A DNA stretch of 24,347 nt from a virus (lineage: Duplodnaviria; Caudoviricetes): positions 1-24,347 of IMG/VR virus record IMGVR_UViG_3300020391_000175; one strand, 5' to 3'. Position numbers and translations under genes: made by a program. The notes beneath the pieces are model-generated. The model was not told where the DNA came from. It saw only the letters and a list, made by a program, of their open reading frames with translations, and ran no database searches. Shown in pieces: positions 17,807 through 24,347 of this stretch (position 1 is its first letter; each line of letters begins with the position of its first letter).

Positions 17807-19215
17807 TATTTGTTTTTCCTTTTTATATTTCTGAATTTAGCATATTTGTCTTGTAAGACTTCTCTCTGTTCTTTTGGTGTCAAAGCAACTGGGCTAGTCG
17901 CCACTGCTGGCACCGGGCTTGATGGATTGCTTGGAATAACAGTGTTGCTTTTTGGTAGAACCTTAATTTTAACACAAGAAGTATCCATGAATATATTATA
18001 TATCATCCCATCTGGTCCGTTACGATTTTTTGCAATAAAAATCTTACCGGTGTTATTTTGTTTGTCCTCGACGGTGCGAGATACAGACATGATAAAGTCT
18101 GCCACAAAGCATTTATTAAATGCTTCGGAAATTTGCTCCATTGTGATTACCTCTGCATTTAAACCGGAGCGATTAGTTTGTGAGGCGGTCCATATTGGAC
18201 ATTTAAACTCTGAGGATAATGCTCGGAGTTCTTCATAAATTGATTCTAATTCTGCACGTTTTTCTTTTCTTATGACGACCGGTTTCAACAGATCAGCGTA
18301 ATCCACTATGATCATACCCGGCACTGTTCCGCGCTTCTTAAGCTTAGTCAAGTGAGAGCGTATTGAATTGGTAGACGCTGATTTAGTAGGGTACTCTTTT
18401 ACAATTAAGCGACCTTCAATATCTTTAACAGATTCATAAATCTCTTCTTTGAAAGATATAAGGTTTGAAAGAGGGTAACCAGTAATACAACTATCGTATC
18501 TTGAAGCAACAACAGTGTCTTGTAGCTCCAAGGTATAGTGAACAACAGTCTTGCCTTCAAGCACTGCTTGTGCTCCCAAGTGCACAAGGACCATAGATTT
18601 TCCAGCACCAGTGGGAGCAACAACAACACCTAATTCTTGCATTCCCAAACCACCACCACAAATCTTATCAATATCACCCCAGCCGGTTGTTATTGGCTTA
18701 CGATAACGAGGCTTAAATCGTTCTTCAAAATCAGCCAGATAGTCATGACCAAAATTATTTTCAGAACCCAACACTAATGAGTCGTTAATAATTTTAGATA
18801 TTTCATCAAAAGAGCAAGTCTGGAGCAGGCCTACAGACTTCATCATTGCTTCTTTCAAGTTTTGTTTTCTACAAAAATCAAGTGATGTTTCTTTAACGTA
18901 ATCCGCATCATTATCAATATCTTTTGATAGTATTCTTGTGAAGTATTCTTTGACTTGATGAACTACTATTTCTTCTTCATCTTCAAGCTCAGTATTTAAA
19001 ATCGTCGCGATTGCATTCGACGACGGGTGTGAGCCATAGCGCTGCCTATAGTTCATAATTTTACTTGAGAACACACGCAGATATTCAAGATCCAAAAAGT
19101 TGAGATCTAATACCTCCGTAATCTGGTCCGCAAACGGCCGATCTTGGTAAATCAGTTGAACTAGGTTTTCTTGAAATGATTTACCATAGTCTGCGAAATT
19201 AGGCTTACTCTGCAA
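17806..19215 (-). CDS. dnaB: Replicative DNA helicase (DnaB / T4 gp41-like)
   Basis: Walker A APTGAGKS, YTLE, IIVDYAD, TASQTNR, KNRNG; TTG start with GGGAG SD. Confidence 0.92.
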   Translation of the reverse strand: MQSKPNFADYGKSFQENLVQLIYQDRPFADQITEVLDLNFLDLEYLRVFSSKIMNYRQRYGSHPSSNAIATILNTELEDEEEIVVHQVKEYFTRILSKDIDNDADYVKETSLDFCRKQNLKEAMMKSVGLLQTCSFDEISKIINDSLVLGSENNFGHDYLADFEERFKPRYRKPITTGWGDIDKICGGGLGMQELGVVVAPTGAGKSMVLVHLGAQAVLEGKTVVHYTLELQDTVVASRYDSCITGYPLSNLISFKEEIYESVKDIEGRLIVKEYPTKSASTNSIRSHLTKLKKRGTVPGMIIVDYADLLKPVVIRKEKRAELESIYEELRALSSEFKCPIWTASQTNRSGLNAEVITMEQISEAFNKCFVADFIMSVSRTVEDKQNNTGKIFIAKNRNGPDGMIYNIFMDTSCVKIKVLPKSNTVIPSNPSSPVPAVATSPVALTPKEQREVLQDKYAKFRNIKRKNK

Positions 19216-19236
19216 AGTTGCTCCCGTCGATTAATA

Positions 19237-19264
19237 AGTATAACTCAATTTGATATAAAGTCAA
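19237..19264 (-). promoter_or_regulatory. Probable sigma70-type promoter for the helicase gene
   Basis: TTGACT (19264-19259), 16 nt, TATACT (19242-19237). Confidence 0.6.
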
Positions 19265-19266
19265 AC

Positions 19267-20238
19267 TTAGAAACAATCAATTTTGATTCTATTCATATTA
19301 GTTTTTAAGTCTTCCCAGTTGAGTTCGCCGAAACCATCTTCCATCATTTTCCGATAGATTTCTAACTGGTTGAAATTGCATTCAAAGTTCTCTATTGCAT
19401 TGTCAACAAACTTCTTAGATTGAATCGAGAGTTGAGGAGAATACAGTTGCATCATTTTGTAATTATGCTCGATTACTTGACGCCCGTCAATAATATTTGT
19501 GAAGAATTTTAGCTTGCTATCTGCATTCTCACAGAATAATATTACATCATCAATTGTATAATCTTTCTCGGATGCTAAAAACGATAATCTCTTTTTAACA
19601 GAAACCACACCCGCACCCTTAATGCCAGGTAGGTTATCTGATGAATCGCCGATAATAGAACGAGCCAAAGCCATATTAGAGGGATGGACACCAAATGTTT
19701 CAATTACTCTTTTGGTATTCATAACCTCATCGACTGTTGGGCGATACAAAATAGTGTCTTCATCACAAAGCTGCAGGAAATCCTTATCGTTTGAAATGAT
19801 AACCTTTTGCCAGTCATCATAATGACTCATTCTAGTAACATATGCTATTACATCATCAGCCTCAACTTCTGGAATCATTATCTGGACAATCGGCAACTGG
19901 TTGATGTAATCAATTGTCCTGCTTTGTTGCCATATCTTATTCTGTAAAATTTCATCTTCTGTGAGATTCTGCACAGAACGATTCAACCGCAGAGGCTTTC
20001 GGCCGGCCTTGTAGTTCTTGTCCATACTTCGCCGTTTGCGGGAACCATTTGGGCCATCCCAAACGATAACAACAGAATCTGGCTTAGTCATCCTCACAAG
20101 CTTCTGTAAAATTTTAAATGACCCTTTGATACCACCAATTGGATCTCCATTCGTGGACAAGGATGGATCAACGATATATGCCCTCAAAAACATATTAAGC
20201 GCATCAATAATAATCACACGTTTTTTATCTGTTTTCAT
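19267..20238 (-). CDS. Stand-alone 5'-3' exonuclease / flap endonuclease (Pol I N-terminal domain, T4 RNase H-like)
   Basis: IIDALN, VWDG, YKAGR, EADDVI, SNDKDFLQL, GDSSDNLPGI. Start moved to ATG 20238 (GGAGG SD). Confidence 0.92.
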   Translation of the reverse strand: MKTDKKRVIIIDALNMFLRAYIVDPSLSTNGDPIGGIKGSFKILQKLVRMTKPDSVVIVWDGPNGSRKRRSMDKNYKAGRKPLRLNRSVQNLTEDEILQNKIWQQSRTIDYINQLPIVQIMIPEVEADDVIAYVTRMSHYDDWQKVIISNDKDFLQLCDEDTILYRPTVDEVMNTKRVIETFGVHPSNMALARSIIGDSSDNLPGIKGAGVVSVKKRLSFLASEKDYTIDDVILFCENADSKLKFFTNIIDGRQVIEHNYKMMQLYSPQLSIQSKKFVDNAIENFECNFNQLEIYRKMMEDGFGELNWEDLKTNMNRIKIDCF

Positions 20239-20279
20239 AAAAAAACCCTCCAACTGATTTATTATAACCAATTGGAGGG
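20239..20279 (-). terminator. Intrinsic terminator-like hairpin that also sequesters the downstream RBS
   Basis: RNA CCCUCCAAUUGGUU-AUAAUA-AAUCAGUUGGAGGG-UUUUUUU-AUG: 14-bp stem (two G-U pairs), 6-nt loop, U7; the 3' arm contains GGAGG. Confidence 0.75.
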
Positions 20280-20289
20280 CCAGAGTCAA
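20261..20289 (-). promoter_or_regulatory. Sigma70-type promoter embedded in the hairpin
   Basis: TTGACT (20289-20284), 17 nt, TATAAT (20266-20261). Confidence 0.8.
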
Positions 20290-20298
20290 GTACTTTCT

Positions 20299-21444
20299 TT
20301 ACTCTTTTATGGGAACTGATATATCTTCCGGATCTTCGTAAAACTCTTTTGCATTCCCTTGCCGCTGATCGAACTTCTGTACGATCTCTTCATCCATTAC
20401 TTTAAGAACACGGCTCTTAAACTCCTCATCAGAGGTGATAATGCTAGTCCATTTGGATGGTTGAAACTTTTTTGTATATCCATCAGGAGTGGCGAATGTA
20501 TACCACGCACCTGCGGAAGTTAGGTGTTCCGAACCTTTGATAGCATCAAACCAAGATTCCTCATCACGGATTCCAACGTCATCAGTGCCCCACATGATAC
20601 GGAAAGCACAAGAGCGACCTTGAGTACCAAAACGAGACTTCTCAAGTTTCACCTTAACTTCGGAGCCGATACGAAACCCTCGTTCATCTTCGATAAATGC
20701 TGACTTAGCTTTCCGACCGGTCAACCAGATACGAAGCGAATAAGCATAATGCATCGCCTTACCACCGGGAGTGATATAAGGTGTTGTCATTGCTATTTGA
20801 CGGGCCATCGGGCCCTGTGGAATATTTGTCTTCAACTGATTAAGGACAATAAATGTTGCTCGCTTATCCGCAATAGGAATAACAAGCTTTGACATTCCCT
20901 TCGCGAGAATGCGGGCTTTGACAGCCATAGATGATTGAGGATTAAAATCTCCCTCAACATCTGAAATTGATGGTGTGAATGCCAACGAATCCCAAATAAA
21001 TACTAGTTGTTCGTCGGTCGCACCTAATAACTCTTCAATAGTCTCAAGCACAAATTCTACAGAAGACGCCTGTACATACATAAGACGGTCTAAATCACAA
21101 CCTGCTCGCTCCAAGAACATTGGATCGATAGCAGACTCAGAATCAAAATAAACGACCATCTTGCCAACTTTCTGGGCGTTTGCAGCAATCTGAGTTGCCA
21201 TATAAGACTTACCAGTTGCTTCCAATCCTGCAATCTCGGTAATTTTACCAACTGGGATACCAGCTACTTGCCCTTTGGCAATGATAGAATCAAGCCATCG
21301 AGAACCAGTAGGAATCCACTCCTTCACAGCAGTTGGGTTATCACCCGTCAGATTGTGTGCTACATTCTGCCCTGCTTTTTTATTAACAATCTTCATCAAA
21401 TCCTGCATATCTACACGACCTGCTTTTGCTTTGGCTTTAGCCAT
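20299..21444 (-). CDS. recA: RecA / UvsX-like recombinase
   Basis: IPTGS..LD, G.PVGKITEIAGLEATGKS, DSE, WDSLA, NQLK, TPGGKA...YSLRI. Start moved to ATG 21444 (AAGGAG SD). Confidence 0.93.
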   Translation of the reverse strand: MAKAKAKAGRVDMQDLMKIVNKKAGQNVAHNLTGDNPTAVKEWIPTGSRWLDSIIAKGQVAGIPVGKITEIAGLEATGKSYMATQIAANAQKVGKMVVYFDSESAIDPMFLERAGCDLDRLMYVQASSVEFVLETIEELLGATDEQLVFIWDSLAFTPSISDVEGDFNPQSSMAVKARILAKGMSKLVIPIADKRATFIVLNQLKTNIPQGPMARQIAMTTPYITPGGKAMHYAYSLRIWLTGRKAKSAFIEDERGFRIGSEVKVKLEKSRFGTQGRSCAFRIMWGTDDVGIRDEESWFDAIKGSEHLTSAGAWYTFATPDGYTKKFQPSKWTSIITSDEEFKSRVLKVMDEEIVQKFDQRQGNAKEFYEDPEDISVPIKE

Positions 21445-21458
21445 TCTAACTCCTTTTG

Positions 21459-21492
21459 AAATAAAGCAGCAGACTTTGACCGGTCTGCCAGC
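21459..21492 (-). terminator. Probable intrinsic terminator between ssb and recA
   Basis: GCUGGCAGAC-CGGUCAAA-GUCUGCUGC followed by UUUAUUU. Confidence 0.55.
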
Positions 21493-21514
21493 GGTTTCCC
21501 ACATACTAGACTAT

Positions 21515-22288
21515 TTACTTATTGCTCATAAGTTCATCAAACGCTCGGTCGACATCACTAGTGGAGCTACCTTTTCCATACGCTGTAGTCTCACTGGACA
21601 GAGATTCTGCAGATGATGGGTTTACTAACTGTTCATCGAGAATCGCGTCGATTTCTTCGGGGGTTCTGCGTTCAAAGAGCGAAGAAAAATCTGGCATACG
21701 ATCGAGGAGGGCAGGGATCGCTTCTGTATCTTCAAGAAGAGAAGAAGTATTACGCCGCATTTTCATGCTAGTCTGCGGATAAGCTCCGGGGGCTGTTGGC
21801 TTAGTATAGGTGAGTGTAATGTCTGTGCCCTCTCCAATATCAGTGATATCTCCGTATTCTGGATCGAGAATGTAGCCAAGAAGAAGTTCGTAAGCCTTCT
21901 TACCATAACCATATACCTTGATACCTTCACTCTCGCGGCCGCGGACGACGACTGGTGAGAAATAACGACCTCGGACAAACAGTGACTTGGCAAGCTTCTT
22001 AGCTTCCTCATCATTGTTTTCTGTCCCATCCCTCCATACCGCAGAGGCAAAATCACACACAGGGCAGCGCTCTCCAAAGTTTCGCTTTGGACACAAAATA
22101 CCGCCTTTGTGCTCTCCTACATTATAGTGAAAGAACATTTCCTTTAGAGGATCACCATCATTTGTTGGCACGATACGAATATCCGTATCTCCCTCATCTG
22201 GCTTAAAGAACAGCGAATCGCCGTCTCTTTGCCCTTCACCACGCAATGTGGCAAGTTTCTTTCGCATTAGTTCCATATTGATTGACAT
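21515..22288 (-). CDS. Single-stranded DNA-binding protein (T4 gp32-like)
   Basis: FKP..G...IRIVP, FHY, CPK...CPVC zinc site, YGDITD...G.DI, acidic tail DVDRAFDELM; position directly upstream of recA. Confidence 0.8.
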   Translation of the reverse strand: MSINMELMRKKLATLRGEGQRDGDSLFFKPDEGDTDIRIVPTNDGDPLKEMFFHYNVGEHKGGILCPKRNFGERCPVCDFASAVWRDGTENNDEEAKKLAKSLFVRGRYFSPVVVRGRESEGIKVYGYGKKAYELLLGYILDPEYGDITDIGEGTDITLTYTKPTAPGAYPQTSMKMRRNTSSLLEDTEAIPALLDRMPDFSSLFERRTPEEIDAILDEQLVNPSSAESLSSETTAYGKGSSTSDVDRAFDELMSNK

Positions 22289-22316
22289 TAGTTTTTCTCC
22301 TATTGTTTGTTAAAGT

Positions 22317-22337
22317 ATTCTGTGCGTTCCACAGAAT
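22317..22337 (-). promoter_or_regulatory. 5'-leader stem-loop of the ssb transcript
   Basis: Perfect 8-bp inverted repeat ATTCTGTG-GAACG-CACAGAAT starting 2 nt after the -10 box. Confidence 0.5.
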
Positions 22338-22339
22338 CT

Positions 22340-22368
22340 AATGTATCACTCTTGCTCTAGCTTGTCAA
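22340..22368 (-). promoter_or_regulatory. Sigma70-type promoter for ssb
   Basis: TTGACA (22368-22363), 17 nt ending in TGA (extended -10 TGn), TACATT (22345-22340). Confidence 0.75.
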
Positions 22369-23212
22369 GAGTATTTTTGTTTGATTGTGTCGCATTTGTA
22401 TGGGCCACGACAAACCCAAAGTCTGGTAATTCTGTTTCATAAATTGAATATGAAATCTTGCGAAAAGCATTCCTTGGCTTGCTCTTCAAGATATCCACAA
22501 GTTTTTTATGCAGGCCCACTTCCCCCTCAAGTCGGTCAGAATTTATACACATATAATAGCATAATTCTCGCTCCATGTCAAGGTCGTAAAGCCACATTTC
22601 AGAAAGTTTTTTCATATCGAGCATTCCTACTGTGCGGATTCGGCTGATCTCGCTTGGCTTCGACATGTTCCCAATATGCGGCTCAGTGTGCTCAAAATAA
22701 TTTAAATAATGAACAGAAGAATAAATCGTATCATTTAACGTATCATAGTATGTTTTTAAGTTGATAGAGGAGTGAATTTTTTCAATGTTCTCATTAGAAA
22801 AAATTGTAAAACTACGCAACATACCTGAGCGGGCGTATTCTTGCAGAACACCGAACACCATATTCTCAACTAAACGTGGTATACCAGTTAGCAATTCAGT
22901 GTCTGGCTTAATATAAAAGACATCAACATCTTTTTGTTTAATCTGCTCAAGAATTCCGAGACTGTAAATAGAACTTAAAGACGCACCGGTAATAAAGACC
23001 TGCACACGATCGTGCGAATTACTAAAAAATTTAGTTAAATCTGGTATGTTCTTCTCATAATCTTCTGGTTTTTCATATGATTTTAATTTGTATTTTTGCT
23101 TAGTATTTTTTTTAATCTTATCGTTTAACAAGTAGACATCGTACTGAGGCACACTTTGAAATTTCGTAGCAATGGCTGATGCCGCATTACCAATTCCAAC
23201 AATTGAAATCAT
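22346..23212 (-). CDS. Divergent tubulin/FtsZ-superfamily protein
   Basis: ISIVGIGNAASAIA (T1 loop-like), VFYIKPD, IFSNENI, YDTLNDTI match the FtsZ/tubulin GTPase-domain order; the GGGTG(S/T)G signature is replaced by TGASLSS. Confidence 0.6.
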   Translation of the reverse strand: MISIVGIGNAASAIATKFQSVPQYDVYLLNDKIKKNTKQKYKLKSYEKPEDYEKNIPDLTKFFSNSHDRVQVFITGASLSSIYSLGILEQIKQKDVDVFYIKPDTELLTGIPRLVENMVFGVLQEYARSGMLRSFTIFSNENIEKIHSSINLKTYYDTLNDTIYSSVHYLNYFEHTEPHIGNMSKPSEISRIRTVGMLDMKKLSEMWLYDLDMERELCYYMCINSDRLEGEVGLHKKLVDILKSKPRNAFRKISYSIYETELPDFGFVVAHTNATQSNKNTLDKLEQE

Positions 23213-24347
23213 AACTTAAGCTCCTCAAGATCATAAAAGTTCTTGCCAGCGCTTAAATTAACTTTAAATGTATCAAGCTTGTTTTTAGCAAATATAGCCT
23301 TAATATCTGGCACAATTTGTTTATCCTCGTTCGCTAAATCAATCACAATCTCATCGTGAATAATATGCGACACAAAACTCTTTCTATCATTAAGCATTTT
23401 TGATATTGCCACCGCGCGCTCCAGCACTAAATCAGATGTTGTGCTTTGAACAATATAACTCAGTGCTCTTCTTCTGTCAATCACTATTTCTCTGCCAAAT
23501 ATAGTCTTAACACTTCCATTGGAGTAATATTCATCGATTATTGAGTTTCTATCGTATAACTCAGATTGAATTACTTCTGATTCTGGGTTATATAACCAGC
23601 CGAAAAACATTACCTTTGCATCATCTCTACTAATTGACACCTCAGACGAACTAAAAATGTTAGCCATGTTCCAAGCATGAATATCTTCGGGCGGCTGTGG
23701 GTGTCCAAGAAGTGACAAAACAGTTCTAACCTCTGCGCCATTATAATCCAAAGACAAGAACCAATCATTATGCGGCTTTATAATACGTCTAAAATCCTTT
23801 TTCATCGTTAGTATAGGGAAAGACCTAGGATAAGTGGTAAGACGGCCTGTAACGGTGCCAAACAGGTTGTAATCAATATACTTCGATCCTTTCAAAATCT
23901 TTTGTAAGCCAATCCTGTTGTTAGTTGTAGTAAACAAACTCTTACAATCTAAAGTATCAATATTAAGTTCTTGTTCCCCAATATTGTAAATCAGTTTGTG
24001 AGCATCATTCAAAAAATCGTAGTTTTCAGGCTTATCATTCATTGCGAAAACATATTCAGTTATCTTGTTTTTTATTTCACAAAAACTTGCCAATGAATCT
24101 TCAGGTATTAAATCAAATATACAATGTTGTGTCATGTCTAACTTTGCTATCTGAAATGACTTAAAGAATGCCTCCATCTTTTTCATACTTGAGTTTAATT
24201 CTTTCTCAAATTCTGGCGGGCATACATCTCTTAGTGTTTTCCCTTGGCAATAAAGCCAAGCATACTCAATGTCATCACCTTTGATAGACCCTGAATATCT
24301 CCAAGTTCTTTTTAAGTCCGTAGGAAAATTATCAAAGTGTAGTTTTC
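23209..24347 (-). CDS. Compact family A DNA polymerase (5' end outside window)
   Basis: Frame stays open upstream of ATG 24186 to the window edge (KLHFDNFPTDLKRTWRYSG...). GTVTGRLT, motif A LDYNGAEVR, DIH, motif B RDDAKVMFFGWLY, TIFGR, VQSTTSD, motif C IHDEI. Confidence 0.85.
   Translation of the reverse strand, partial: KLHFDNFPTDLKRTWRYSGSIKGDDIEYAWLYCQGKTLRDVCPPEFEKELNSSMKKMEAFFKSFQIAKLDMTQHCIFDLIPEDSLASFCEIKNKITEYVFAMNDKPENYDFLNDAHKLIYNIGEQELNIDTLDCKSLFTTTNNRIGLQKILKGSKYIDYNLFGTVTGRLTTYPRSFPILTMKKDFRRIIKPHNDWFLSLDYNGAEVRTVLSLLGHPQPPEDIHAWNMANIFSSSEVSISRDDAKVMFFGWLYNPESEVIQSELYDRNSIIDEYYSNGSVKTIFGREIVIDRRRALSYIVQSTTSDLVLERAVAISKMLNDRKSFVSHIIHDEIVIDLANEDKQIVPDIKAIFAKNKLDTFKVNLSAGKNFYDLEELKL

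Larger units (their letters stand above)
1..24347 (-). mobile_element. Segment of a large bacteriophage genome (replication / nucleotide metabolism module)
   Basis: All ~29 credible CDSs are co-oriented with tiny or overlapping gaps. Phage-type gp32-like SSB, UvsX-like RecA, gp41-like helicase, phage Dam, amidase, lone GroES, dUTPase and NrdJ are mixed with orphans, with no bacterial housekeeping synteny. No integrase or att site is seen, so free phage versus prophage cannot be decided. Confidence 0.9.

Noticed and set aside
8640-21444. Inteins or introns in dnaE, nrdJ, dnaB or recA
   Set aside because: Lengths and motif spacing are normal; no C...HN-C/S/T splice junctions, LAGLIDADG blocks or frame breaks seen.
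12105-22370. Shared operator in inverted repeats over promoters (AGACTTGCAAGGTCT near 12123-12137; CTCTTG-N11-CAAGAG near 22349-22371)
   Set aside because: Arms and spacings differ between promoters and are largely explained by the -35 sequence itself.
739-22647. Plus-strand ORFs and short nested minus-strand ORFs in the ORF track
   Set aside because: All are shadows of longer motif-bearing minus-strand genes and have no recognisable motifs.
1-24347. Stop-codon reassignment as seen in some large phages
   Set aside because: Conserved genes are full length in code 11, and TAA, TGA and TAG all end genes directly before the next SD or start (e.g. TAG at 2538, 7284, 12136).
1-24347. tRNA, rRNA, CRISPR array or long repeats
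   Set aside because: Intergenic gaps are at most about 70 nt and are taken up by promoters, SDs and hairpins; no repeat-spacer periodicity or cloverleaf seen.
1-24347. Bacterial chromosome origin (dnaE, recA, purA, clpP, dut present)
   Set aside because: These genes are divergent, lack their usual operon partners and are interleaved with phage-type SSB, helicase, Dam, amidase and orphans on a single strand.

Overview
The window is a densely coding stretch with every credible gene on the minus strand, so it reads from 24347 toward 1. It looks like the DNA replication and nucleotide-metabolism module of a large tailed bacteriophage using the standard genetic code, host sigma70-type promoters and strong Shine-Dalgarno sites. 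Order in transcription direction: compact family-A DNA polymerase (5' end outside window), divergent tubulin/FtsZ-fold protein, gp32-like SSB, RecA/UvsX, stand-alone 5'-3' exonuclease, DnaB/gp41 helicase, class II (B12) ribonucleotide reductase, small Cys-rich protein, GroES-like protein, peptidoglycan amidase, metzincin protease, two degenerate enzyme-fold proteins, DnaE, ClpP, J-domain protein, PurA, small helical protein, dUTPase, PD-(D/E)xK-like nuclease, ParB-like protein, two DNA amino-methyltransferases, two hypotheticals, thioredoxin, an IMPDH/GMP-reductase family enzyme and a partial HNH-type endonuclease. Most notable: (1) a probable GMP reductase plus PurA forming a G-to-A purine shunt (not a PurZ/Z-genome system); (2) a thumb-truncated PolA coupled to a signature-less tubulin homologue, alongside DnaE; (3) a 51-bp element combining terminator, RBS-sequestering hairpin and sigma70 promoter; (4) a nuclease-ParB-MTase-MTase cassette. 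All family calls come from motif recognition by eye, not database searches.
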